The position numbers and the translations under genes were made by a program. The notes under the pieces were generated by a model. The model did no database searches, had not been told where the DNA came from, and worked only from the letters and a program-made list of their open reading frames with translations. A DNA stretch of 64,000 bases, taken from assembly GCA_902594545.1 (NCBI GenBank), contig CACJMO010000001.1:21112-85111 (forward strand), in the 5' to 3' direction. The stretch is from an uncultured SAR86 cluster bacterium. Its GTDB lineage: Bacteria > Pseudomonadota > Gammaproteobacteria > Magnimaribacterales > Magnimaribacteraceae. Positions 46,031 through 56,271 of the stretch are shown here, in pieces (the stretch's first letter is position 1; each line of letters begins with the position of its first letter).

Positions 46031-46969
46031 TCAAAATTCGATTACCATTCTTCCTCTTGTACCTCCAGATTCTAATCTTTCATGAGCTTCAGAGGCATTG
46101 TTTATATCTACTGTGTCGGCAACTCTTAAAGATAATATTCCCTCTTCTACTTTCTGTCGTAAGTCTTCTAATTTCTCTTTCTGACAGTCATATGCTGTAA
46201 CCCAAGTAGTCGTAAATTTTATTTCTCTTTGAGGCTCACCTTTAAAGCCTCTGACTGAGGTAAAGGAACCTTCATCTGCGAGAGCATCAATAGCAGATTC
46301 ATTTAATAAGGCTCCATCTGCAATACCATCAACGCCTGTTGGAAATTCTGACCTTACTTTCTCCGCAAAGCCATCACCTCTTGGAATAATTACATCAACC
46401 CCCCAAGACTTAAGCAGTTCTTCATCGGAAGGACTGGAATCAGCTAAAACAATCAAGCCTTCTGCTTTAGCTAACTGTATAACATAGCCACCATAAGCTC
46501 CTGGCCCTCCAGTTACTGCAAGCACCTGTCCTTCTTTTAAACCGAGTAAATCTAATGATAATCTAGCCGTTAAAGAATTCATCGGGAGTGTAGATGCTTG
46601 GACATAAGAGGTATCTTCAGGTACTTTAACAACGGCATTTTGATCAAGGACGATGTATTCCATGTAAGCTCCATAGGATCCACTTGGAACCACCATTGCC
46701 ATTACTTTATCGCCCTCCTTAAGATCAGTATCTACGCCTTCACCAATTTGGTCTACGATGCCTGCAGCATCCATTCCGGGAACATAAGGTGGAGGATTGG
46801 CAGCTTGAATTGCAGCCATCGAGCCATTCCTCACTGAAACATCCACAGGGTTTACAGCAGCTGCATAATTTCGAATTCTAATTTGTCCTGGACCAGCGTT
46901 CATTTCCGGTAGGTCTATGACCTCTAGTACCTCTGGACCACCATGTTTCATTACGCCTATAGCTTTCAT
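46031..46969 (-). CDS. MDR-family NADP-dependent (quinone) oxidoreductase
   Basis: GGPEVL, AVNPVD, PGMDAAG, TGGPGAYG motifs. Confidence 0.88.
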   Translation of the reverse strand: MKAIGVMKHGGPEVLEVIDLPEMNAGPGQIRIRNYAAAVNPVDVSVRNGSMAAIQAANPPPYVPGMDAAGIVDQIGEGVDTDLKEGDKVMAMVVPSGSYGAYMEYIVLDQNAVVKVPEDTSYVQASTLPMNSLTARLSLDLLGLKEGQVLAVTGGPGAYGGYVIQLAKAEGLIVLADSSPSDEELLKSWGVDVIIPRGDGFAEKVRSEFPTGVDGIADGALLNESAIDALADEGSFTSVRGFKGEPQREIKFTTTWVTAYDCQKEKLEDLRQKVEEGILSLRVADTVDINNASEAHERLESGGTRGRMVIEF

Positions 46970-47049
46970 AAATTTTTCCTTTTCATAAGATATGTATCCA
47001 AATGATAAATGAAATTCTTTGAATTGTTTTTTCTTTTATGGAGGAAAAT

Positions 47050-47127
<78 letters not shown>

Positions 47128-47186
47128 ACGTTCGTGGAGCGAGCATATTACAACAAATTTAGTATTCTAGTTAATAAAACATACAT

Positions 47187-47214
47187 AAAAAAAGGGCCGA
47201 TTGGCCCTTTTTTT
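47187..47214 (-). terminator. Intrinsic terminator of the TonB receptor gene (symmetric, could act on both strands)
   Basis: AAAAAAAGGGCC-GATT-GGCCCTTTTTTT. Confidence 0.88.
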
Positions 47215-47225
47215 AGCATTACAAT

Positions 47226-49406
47226 TTAAAAATCATATTTCAATCCCATGCTCATATTTCTTCCTGGTTCCATGAAGAGATCTAGCTCGCCATCAGTAGA
47301 GCTTTTACCTTGGACAGAAGCCCAATTCCAATAGCTTTCATCCGTGAGATTTCTTATGGCAAACCTTACTTTTAGGTTTTGAGATATCTGGTAACTTCCA
47401 TAAAGGTCATACGTAGTCAGACCAGACAATGTGAGCAATGGATTACATCCACTTCTACCACAACTGGGGGGCAAGTTGTCATGGCTGCCTGCTGTAAAAT
47501 TAGCATATCCACTTAGATTTAATTTTCCACTATCTGAGTTCCAAACCAATCCAAGAATGGCCTCTTCGGGATCTATTGATACTAACTGTTCTCCGTTCTT
47601 TGTACCGTCCGGAATACTAAATCCAAATGATGCTTGAAGGTTTTCAGTGACATCCGAATTCATTTCAAACTCAACTCCTTTTATCGCAACTTCATCGAGA
47701 TTGCCATATTCATAAAGAGTAATGCCTTGCTGATTTCTCCCTTTTATATAAGTATCTATGAAATTTTCGTACTCATTATCGTAAAAGGACAAAGTCCAAG
47801 AGATATTATCAGTTGTGCCTTTAAACCCGAACTCATATCCTTCACTCTCTTCAGGCTGAAGACCAGGACTCGTTCCTACAGCATAACGAAATGCCAAATT
47901 GGTGAAACTTAAATTAGCACTTTGGAAATCTGGCGCTCTAAACCCTTCAGCATACTGGGCATAAAAAGAAACTTGATCAGAAAGATCTCTTAAAAAACCA
48001 AATTTCATTGATACTTCACTATCATCAATAAAATAAAGCTGATTAGTTGACTGAGCATTAGCATAAAATAAATCATCTGGTACCGGGGTTAACTCATAAC
48101 CATCATATCTCGCTCCAAATACCAACGTTGTTTTATCATTAAGCTCAAATCGGTCATTAAAAAAGAAGCTTTGCCTCTCAATCTCTGTATCGGGAATAGT
48201 CTTATTAGGATAGTATTCCCCTCCGAGGAAAGTATTGATAGCTCCGGTCATTAAATTAGTTTCATATCTAATTCTAGGTCTTTGAACATCTATGTTTTCA
48301 ATCTCTATTCCATAAACAATATTATGCAATCTGCCATTATTATTTATTGTTTTAAAGAAATCTGCTGAGAAGCCATCAATCTCTTGATTGAATTGGTAAT
48401 CTCTATAAGCATTAACCATCGAAGGTGGTCCTTGTCCAAAAATTTGTTTTGATCTCGTAGTAATTTGCTTTTGATCTGTCTCTTGGGCATAGAACCTTAT
48501 TGCTCCATTATCAAATAAAGAGGTTTCATTACTAAAGTCTAGAGACAAGGTTCCTCTATCTCGATTGCCGTCGTCTACTCCAATGACATTGGACGTGCTA
48601 GTAACTTGGGGGAAATAGCTCATGCCTGCCTGTGAATTAAAAATATAATCACCTTCAAATTCTTGAGAATCAAGAACAAGAGTTATATCTACAGACTCGC
48701 TTAGGCTAAATTTAAATTTAGCCAGAACGCTCAGTTGTTCGCCATCAAATGGATCCAATTCAAGGGTAGCATCATCATGAAGCTCAAGTTGACTGAGTTC
48801 TCTGGAAGTTACTTGAATCAAACTTTCTATGGACTCTCCAACTCTTGCAGCCATAAATCCAACTTTTGTTTGCTCATTATCTTCGTCATAAGAAGTATTC
48901 AAGGAAAAGTAATTTTCTCCGAAATCTGCTAAATCACTTGGGTCTTTAGTTATATATGAGACAGCTCCAGCTAATCCGTCAGATCCATATAAAGCTGAAC
49001 TTGGCCCTTTCAGTATCTCTACTCTCTTAAGTAAATCAACATCTACCACATCTCTACCATATCCTGTGTAAGCTTCAGCAACTCTTATACCATCAATGAG
49101 TATATTCACTCTTTTTCCTCCAAGGCCTCTGATAGAAATACCATCGTTATAGGCCCTGCCAGAAACATTACGTTTTGAAACTGACACTCCAATGGTTTTA
49201 TCGAGCATGTCAGAAAGGTCACTGACCATTCGTGTCTCCAAATTTTCCAGGGATATAGAATCTACACTTCCCACCACTTCTTGAAGTGGCACTGGATATT
49301 TAGAAGAAATTACGACCACTTCCTGTACTTCGTCTTCTCCATAAATATTCCCTAGGAAAAGGAATAAAACTAATGAGGCAATTATAAAAGGGTTACTTGA
49401 TTTCAT
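47226..49406 (-). CDS. TonB-dependent heme/hemoglobin receptor
   Basis: TonB box EVVVIS, plug motifs IRGLGG and RVEILKGPSSALYGS, FRAP motif, C-terminal GRN...LKYDF; divergent from the heme ABC genes. Confidence 0.88.
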   Translation of the reverse strand: MKSSNPFIIASLVLFLFLGNIYGEDEVQEVVVISSKYPVPLQEVVGSVDSISLENLETRMVSDLSDMLDKTIGVSVSKRNVSGRAYNDGISIRGLGGKRVNILIDGIRVAEAYTGYGRDVVDVDLLKRVEILKGPSSALYGSDGLAGAVSYITKDPSDLADFGENYFSLNTSYDEDNEQTKVGFMAARVGESIESLIQVTSRELSQLELHDDATLELDPFDGEQLSVLAKFKFSLSESVDITLVLDSQEFEGDYIFNSQAGMSYFPQVTSTSNVIGVDDGNRDRGTLSLDFSNETSLFDNGAIRFYAQETDQKQITTRSKQIFGQGPPSMVNAYRDYQFNQEIDGFSADFFKTINNNGRLHNIVYGIEIENIDVQRPRIRYETNLMTGAINTFLGGEYYPNKTIPDTEIERQSFFFNDRFELNDKTTLVFGARYDGYELTPVPDDLFYANAQSTNQLYFIDDSEVSMKFGFLRDLSDQVSFYAQYAEGFRAPDFQSANLSFTNLAFRYAVGTSPGLQPEESEGYEFGFKGTTDNISWTLSFYDNEYENFIDTYIKGRNQQGITLYEYGNLDEVAIKGVEFEMNSDVTENLQASFGFSIPDGTKNGEQLVSIDPEEAILGLVWNSDSGKLNLSGYANFTAGSHDNLPPSCGRSGCNPLLTLSGLTTYDLYGSYQISQNLKVRFAIRNLTDESYWNWASVQGKSSTDGELDLFMEPGRNMSMGLKYDF

Positions 49407-49426
49407 AAGAATGTACCTTGTTTAAT

Positions 49427-49449
49427 GAGAATGAGAATGATTATCATTT
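49427..49449. promoter_or_regulatory. Fur box between the divergent heme-uptake genes
   Basis: GAGAATGAGAATGATTATC (49427-45) matches 16/19 of GATAATGATAATCATTATC, within an extended hexamer array. Confidence 0.8.
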
Positions 49450-49481
49450 ACTTTGATATGAAAATCAATACAATCTTCATA

Positions 49482-50336
49482 ATGATGCGCTATATTTTTT
49501 TTATTACTTGCTTTGCTTTATCTCAATTCTTCTTAGCTAATTGCGAGGAATCCCAAGACTCTTCAAAAATAGTCATCGCAGGTGGTTCTCTGACTGAAAT
49601 TGTCTATTTTTTAGATTATTCCGATAAAATTGCTGGGATAGATGTTACATCTAACTACCCCTCAGATACTGCTAACTTGCCATCCATAGGTTATGTCAGG
49701 GCCCTATCTACAGAAGGAATTTTATCTCTTAAACCCACACTTATTCTGGGGGAAGATGATATGGGCCCTCCCCTCGTTATAGATCAATTAAAACTCACTG
49801 GGGTAGATCTCAGAATAATAGATGAGGGTCATTCTGCTAATGGAATACTCCAAAAGATCAATTGTATTTCATCCGTCTTAGGGGTTAATACAGATTTATC
49901 ATCATCGAAAATTGAGTTGCTCGAGCAAGATATTAATAAGTTGAATATATTGGCTATGGATAATCAAAACTCGAAAATTAAAGTTATGCTTATCCTTAAT
50001 ATGCAAGGTACCTCTCCCATTGTTGCAGGTAAAGGAACATCGGGTGACGGTTTTATAAAAATGACTGGAGCAGTGAATGTTGCTAATAACTTTGAAGGAT
50101 GGAAGCCAATAAGCAGTGAATCAATAATTTCCTACAATCCCGATTTTATTATTATTACCAATAGAGGAATGGGGTCTTTCCCTGATACAAAAAGCCTATC
50201 AGAAACTACAGCACTTAGATTTACCGATGCAGCCAAAAAGCAAAATATATTATCTGAGGATGGTATGGCAATGTTGGGTTTTGGAGTAAGGACTATAGGC
50301 GCAGCATTGGAATTTGCTAAAACCTTTCAACAATAA
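49482..50336 (+). CDS. hmuT: Heme ABC transporter substrate-binding protein
   Basis: GGSLTEIVY, DVTSNYP, IGYVRALSTEG (heme-ligand Tyr); start moved to ATG 49482 because 49425 lies in the Fur box. Confidence 0.87.
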   Translation: MMRYIFFITCFALSQFFLANCEESQDSSKIVIAGGSLTEIVYFLDYSDKIAGIDVTSNYPSDTANLPSIGYVRALSTEGILSLKPTLILGEDDMGPPLVIDQLKLTGVDLRIIDEGHSANGILQKINCISSVLGVNTDLSSSKIELLEQDINKLNILAMDNQNSKIKVMLILNMQGTSPIVAGKGTSGDGFIKMTGAVNVANNFEGWKPISSESIISYNPDFIIITNRGMGSFPDTKSLSETTALRFTDAAKKQNILSEDGMAMLGFGVRTIGAALEFAKTFQQ

Positions 50337-51376
50337 TGGTTAGATCGTTACTTAAGGATTCTGCCATCCTTCAATATACAAATCCTTTGCAAATTAGCAT
50401 TTTGTTTATATTTGTATTGTCCTTAATTGTGATTTTCTTTTCTTCTATCTCATTAGGCAGTTTTTCTTTTGCCTTTCAAGAATTATTCAATGGAGGATCT
50501 GAATCATTAGATAGTATCGTTTTATTTGAAATAAGAATACCCAGAGTATTGTTGGCAGCTTTTGTTGGAGCAAGTCTTGGTCTATCTGGAGCGTCTTTAC
50601 AGGGTTTATTTAGAAATCCTCTAGCCGATCCCGGGTTAATTGGTGTCTCAGCTGGAGCGGCATTAGGGGCATCGTTGATTATCGTATTGGGTTCAGATTT
50701 GATCCCAGACTTTATATTTGGCACTTTAGTTTTACCCTTGTCTGCGATTCTAGGTGCCTCCTTGGTGATAAGTCTCTTGTATATCTTTACGCAAGGGTTT
50801 GGCTATCAAGGCATCACTTATATGTTGCTAGTTGGTATAGCGGTGAATGCATTTGCATCTGTAGGTATTGGAATATTGACATATATCAGTACTGATTCAG
50901 AGCTTAGAGGTCTAACATTTTGGACTATGGGAAGTTTTGGTGGCTCTTCATGGCAATTGATCATTCCTGCTTTGCTAATTATATCTATGGCTATGTTTTG
51001 GATGATTCCTTCTGCTAGAAAACTAGACCTTTTGCAATTGGGAGAACCTGAAGCATATAGATTGGGAGTGGATGTAAAAAAACTTAAATTTAAAGTCATA
51101 ATTTCTTCTGCTATAACCGTAGGAATTAGCGTTTCTCTATCAGGTATGATTGGTTTTGTAGGGTTAGTAGTTCCTCACTTGGTAAGATTATTGGGAGGAG
51201 TAAATCATAGTTATCTATTGCCCGGATCAGCTCTGTTAGGTGCATCTTTAATGATGGCAGCTGACCTACTATCCAGAATTCTTATCCAACCTGCTGAGCT
51301 ACCCGTAGGTCTCATAACGAGTGCAATAGGTGCCCCTTTCTTTCTATGGTTAATTTTTAGAATTAGAAAAGCATGA
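50336..51376 (+). CDS. hmuU: Heme ABC transporter permease (FecCD family)
   Basis: IRIPR, QGLFRNPLADPGLIGVS, GMIGFVGLVVPH motifs. Confidence 0.9.
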   Translation: MVRSLLKDSAILQYTNPLQISILFIFVLSLIVIFFSSISLGSFSFAFQELFNGGSESLDSIVLFEIRIPRVLLAAFVGASLGLSGASLQGLFRNPLADPGLIGVSAGAALGASLIIVLGSDLIPDFIFGTLVLPLSAILGASLVISLLYIFTQGFGYQGITYMLLVGIAVNAFASVGIGILTYISTDSELRGLTFWTMGSFGGSSWQLIIPALLIISMAMFWMIPSARKLDLLQLGEPEAYRLGVDVKKLKFKVIISSAITVGISVSLSGMIGFVGLVVPHLVRLLGGVNHSYLLPGSALLGASLMMAADLLSRILIQPAELPVGLITSAIGAPFFLWLIFRIRKA

Positions 51377-52146
51377 GCGTAGACATTAAAAACCTGTCTT
51401 GGGAAGTGGACTCCAAGAAAATTTTAGATGATATTTCTCTTTCCATCTCATCGGGAGAAATAATTACAATCCTGGGTCCAAACGGTGCGGGTAAGTCTAG
51501 TTTTTTAAAAATCATATCTGGTGATTTAAAATGTACAGAAGGTCAAATCTACTTCGATCAATCCAATCTAAATGATATTTCAATTCAAGACCGGTCTTTC
51601 ATTAGAAGCGTAATGTCACAATCCCAAGATGTCGTGTATGACTTTTCAACTAGAGAGATAATTGAAATGGGTTGGCTAGACAGAGGCATATCAAATTATT
51701 CCGAAGATTTTAAGAAAGCAATTGATCAAATATCGGAAGAATGTTCTGTTAAGAATCTTTTAGAACAAAGTTTTAATACCCTATCGGGTGGAGAAAAAAG
51801 AAGAGTTCATTTTGCAAGGACACTTATTCAGTTATGGAGACCTTCAGGATCTGACGACCCTAGATACATGTTTCTAGATGAACCAACCGCTAACCTAGAT
51901 ATTCTGCACGAACAAAAAATGATGAAGCTTATTCAAAAAAAAAGAGATGAGGGCTTAGGAATTCTTCTCATCCTCCATGATCTGAACTTAGCTGCAAAAT
52001 ATTCAGATCAGATTGCTTTATTTAATGATGGAAAACTTGTAGACAAAGGCCTGCCAAAGACCGTCCTGAAAGAAGATACTCTTAGCGCCGTATATGGACT
52101 TAAGATGCATGTTGAAAAAAACCCTTTCAGGATTAACTATTACTAA
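51373..52146 (+). CDS. hmuV: Heme ABC transporter ATP-binding protein
   Basis: GPNGAGKS, LSGGE..RVHFAR, LDEPT, LHDLNLA. Confidence 0.9.
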   Translation: MSVDIKNLSWEVDSKKILDDISLSISSGEIITILGPNGAGKSSFLKIISGDLKCTEGQIYFDQSNLNDISIQDRSFIRSVMSQSQDVVYDFSTREIIEMGWLDRGISNYSEDFKKAIDQISEECSVKNLLEQSFNTLSGGEKRRVHFARTLIQLWRPSGSDDPRYMFLDEPTANLDILHEQKMMKLIQKKRDEGLGILLILHDLNLAAKYSDQIALFNDGKLVDKGLPKTVLKEDTLSAVYGLKMHVEKNPFRINYY

Positions 52147-52149
52147 ATT

Positions 52150-52881
52150 ATGAATAAGAGACAAGAAGAATACGAAAAGGATGCGATAAATCTTTTACGG
52201 AATAGCAGTGAAGGAGTTTTATCGACTATTTCAGTTAGAAATGAAGGCTATCCATTTGGTAGTTTTGTTACGTATATTTCAGATGTGGATAGAAGCGTCG
52301 TGATCTATGCAAGCAATATTGCGCAACACACAATAAACCTTAAGGAAAATTCTAAGTCATGTCTCACTCTTTTTAAAATTGATGATGATCTTGATAAGCA
52401 AAATTCTTCAAGGATGACACTCCTTGGAGATTTGCAATCTTTACCCGAAAAAGAGATTGATGAGACCCGAATAAGATTTGAAGAGTTTTTACCAGAAAGT
52501 AAGAAATATGCTTCCATGCATGATTTTAATTTCTATAGACTCCACATAGATCAAATAAGATGGATTGGTGGATTCGGAAAAATAGCATGGTTAGACAATA
52601 AAGACTGGAAACAATTTAAACCAAAATGGACGAGTAATCAGATATCCATAATGAATCATATGAATCAAGATCATGCCAAAAATATTTCTGCTTCTCTCAA
52701 TGCTCAGCATGGTATTCAAGATGCAGAAGCTAAAATGTTTGCATTATCTATTGATGGTTACTTCGTGAAATCTAAAGACAAAATTTATTTCATCTCTTTT
52801 GAAAAGGTTTGTAAGAATGCCAAAGAGTACAAAGATATTTTGGTCGAACAAGCGAATCAACACAGGTCTTATGAGTTATAA
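52150..52881 (+). CDS. HugZ/HutZ-like heme-utilisation protein (split barrel + DUF2470)
   Basis: GYPFGS, IGGFGK and C-terminal IMNHMNQDH motifs; operon context. Confidence 0.82.
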   Translation: MNKRQEEYEKDAINLLRNSSEGVLSTISVRNEGYPFGSFVTYISDVDRSVVIYASNIAQHTINLKENSKSCLTLFKIDDDLDKQNSSRMTLLGDLQSLPEKEIDETRIRFEEFLPESKKYASMHDFNFYRLHIDQIRWIGGFGKIAWLDNKDWKQFKPKWTSNQISIMNHMNQDHAKNISASLNAQHGIQDAEAKMFALSIDGYFVKSKDKIYFISFEKVCKNAKEYKDILVEQANQHRSYEL

Positions 52882-52883
52882 AA

Positions 52884-53957
52884 ATGTTTGATAAAAAAAG
52901 CTTAGAAAGCATAGAGCTTATTATTGATAACCACAACGAAGTGAATGAAGATGCTCTGAATTTGGTGTCTTCATACTACTTAGATATAACTGATGTCCGA
53001 GGATCGAAAATTATGGAGATATCTAATGAAGAGATATCAATGATGATTCGAGTTTCAGACAAAAAGATCTATAGAACTATTAAATTTCCAAATACATTTA
53101 AAAGCTCAGATGAAGTAGTTACATTCTTCTATTTGTGCTTAGCCGAAGCTAGAAAAAAAGCTCCAGAGGACTATCCTAAAACTCGTATCGAAATACAAAT
53201 TGAAAAAACACTCAATTTAAATACCTACATAACAAAAGTAAAAAATAAAAAAGAAATTTCATCTAATATCATTGAGATAACATTTAATGGAGGGTTAGAG
53301 TCTCTACCGGACTTAAAAAATGACGCTTTTATGTATTTTATAATCCATAAAAATATAGACCATAGATATCCAGAAAATTTTGTTATGCAAAACTTTAGAG
53401 AACTCAATGCTAAAAAAGACAATCCCTATTCAGCGGCTTATTACACAATAAGAGCCTATAGGGAAAATGAAATAGATGTCTGGTTTGTACTTCATGATCA
53501 TCCTGGGCCACTAGCTAACTGGGCTGAAAAAGTTACTGAAGATTCCGAAGTGGCCATATGGGGGCCAAGATCAACCTTCACTCCTCCAGAAGGAACTGAT
53601 AACTTTTTATTTATAGCAGATGAAACTGCCCAGCCAGCAGTCCTTGCGTCGATAGACAACTTAGAGGATAAATTTAATTTTAAGTGTCTTTTTGAAACTC
53701 AAGACCAGTCTTCCCAATTTGAGTGCCATGATCCAAATAATTGTATCGAGTGGATATACAGAAATGATGAACCAGCAGGTAAAGGTTCGGAATTATCAAA
53801 AAGAATCGAAGAATTAGAAATGGAAACAGATAACCTTTATGTTTTTGGAGCTGGAGAAGCTAGACAAATTTCTTCAATAAGAAAAATACTCAAACAAAAG
53901 TTCAGTCTTAAACCAGATCAAATGAGTTTCACGGGCTACTGGAAAAGAACAGACTAG
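52884..53957 (+). CDS. Siderophore-interacting protein (FAD ferric reductase) with N-terminal DUF2470-like extension
   Basis: YTIR, FVLH...GP...WA, GPR, ADETA, AGE and FTGYWK SIP motifs. Confidence 0.82.
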   Translation: MFDKKSLESIELIIDNHNEVNEDALNLVSSYYLDITDVRGSKIMEISNEEISMMIRVSDKKIYRTIKFPNTFKSSDEVVTFFYLCLAEARKKAPEDYPKTRIEIQIEKTLNLNTYITKVKNKKEISSNIIEITFNGGLESLPDLKNDAFMYFIIHKNIDHRYPENFVMQNFRELNAKKDNPYSAAYYTIRAYRENEIDVWFVLHDHPGPLANWAEKVTEDSEVAIWGPRSTFTPPEGTDNFLFIADETAQPAVLASIDNLEDKFNFKCLFETQDQSSQFECHDPNNCIEWIYRNDEPAGKGSELSKRIEELEMETDNLYVFGAGEARQISSIRKILKQKFSLKPDQMSFTGYWKRTD

Positions 53958-54739
53958 TTTTTGATTCTTTTCATAACCCATAACAATGGGCCAGAAATAA
54001 TATAAGCAAAAGCACAACTTGCCAGAACTATAGGTGGATCTATAGAAATAAGTGCAAAAATAAATACAACGAATAACATTGAAAAGAATGGAACCCGTTT
54101 CTTTAATTCTATTTCTTTAAAACTGTAATAAGGGACATTAACAACCATCAGAAGAGAAACGCAGCCAGTTAAAATGGCTGTTAAAATAGCTAAAAAACTC
54201 CCTACCTCACCGCCCTGGATACCATAAGAACTCATAGCCCAAACATAATAAACGACCATACCACTAGCTACAGGGCTAGGCAGGCCTTTAAAGTAACTAT
54301 CTTCAGAGCCAATATAAGTATTAAATCTTGCAAGCCTCAATGCCGCTGCTGCAACATAGAAAAAAGAAAAAACCCAGCCAGTTTGGCCTAAAGAGTCTAG
54401 ACCCCAAAGGAAAACAATAATGGCCGGTGCCAATCCAAAAGATATTACGTCACAAAGACTATCATACTGAGCACCAAATAAACTTTGTGAATTGGTAAGT
54501 CTTGCCACTCTTCCATCTAAACCATCAAGCATCTGTGCGGCGAATAAAGCCATACCTGCAGCAATGAAATTACCGTTTATTGCAGATACTATAGAGAAAA
54601 ATCCAGAAAAAAGTGAAGCCGTTGTAAGGAGATTGGGTAGTAGATAAATACCTCTTCTAGTGACCTTTTTACCATCCTCAGAGACAACCTCTTCGTGATC
54701 ATCAAAAAGATCAAGACTTTCCTGAGAATCTTCAGTCAT
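53954..54739 (-). CDS. pssA: CDP-diacylglycerol--serine O-phosphatidyltransferase
   Basis: RGIYLLPN, DGLDGRVARL...G...DSL.D CDP-alcohol motif, RLARFN. Confidence 0.93.
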   Translation of the reverse strand: MTEDSQESLDLFDDHEEVVSEDGKKVTRRGIYLLPNLLTTASLFSGFFSIVSAINGNFIAAGMALFAAQMLDGLDGRVARLTNSQSLFGAQYDSLCDVISFGLAPAIIVFLWGLDSLGQTGWVFSFFYVAAAALRLARFNTYIGSEDSYFKGLPSPVASGMVVYYVWAMSSYGIQGGEVGSFLAILTAILTGCVSLLMVVNVPYYSFKEIELKKRVPFFSMLFVVFIFALISIDPPIVLASCAFAYIISGPLLWVMKRIKN

Positions 54740-54741
54740 AT

Positions 54742-55785
<1,044 letters not shown>

Positions 55786-56271
55786 TTAGTTTTCTATACT
55801 CAAAATATCTTTATTGGATGAAATCCCCAATACCCCTGATCTTACAATCTCAATGGGCTTAGATGAGTCTAATGTCGTTATAAGTTCATCCAATTCCAGA
55901 GATGTTCCAACTACCTGGACATTAATAACGCCGTCAGAATTGGACACTATACTCGATTCTTCAAATGTTTCTTTTGGAAAATGTTCCTCTGTAAATTTCA
56001 TCAACATCAATTCTTTTTCAATATGCTGAGAATCACTGAGATCAGATATCATGACCACATCAATTAGTTTATTCAATTGCTTGGTAATCTGTTCTACGAC
56101 CTTCTCATCTCCCTCCGTAGACATAGTTAGCCTTGAAAGTGTTGGATCAGTTGTTGGAGCAACGACCAAAGTTTCAATGTTGTAGCCTCTTTGGGAAAAT
56201 AAACCTACAACCCTAGATAGCGCTCCTGGTTGGTTTTCCATTAAAAGTGCAATAACTCTTTTCATCACCAA
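55786..56271 (-). CDS. ilvN: Acetolactate synthase small (regulatory) subunit
   Basis: ENQPGALSRVVGLFSQRGYNI ACT motif; lies between the large subunit and ilvC. Confidence 0.94.
   Translation of the reverse strand: MVMKRVIALLMENQPGALSRVVGLFSQRGYNIETLVVAPTTDPTLSRLTMSTEGDEKVVEQITKQLNKLIDVVMISDLSDSQHIEKELMLMKFTEEHFPKETFEESSIVSNSDGVINVQVVGTSLELDELITTLDSSKPIEIVRSGVLGISSNKDILSIEN

Noticed and set aside
49425-49481. MRMRM N-terminus of the heme-binding protein
   Set aside because: The ATGs come from the Fur-box hexamer repeats; the signal peptide starts at about 49482.
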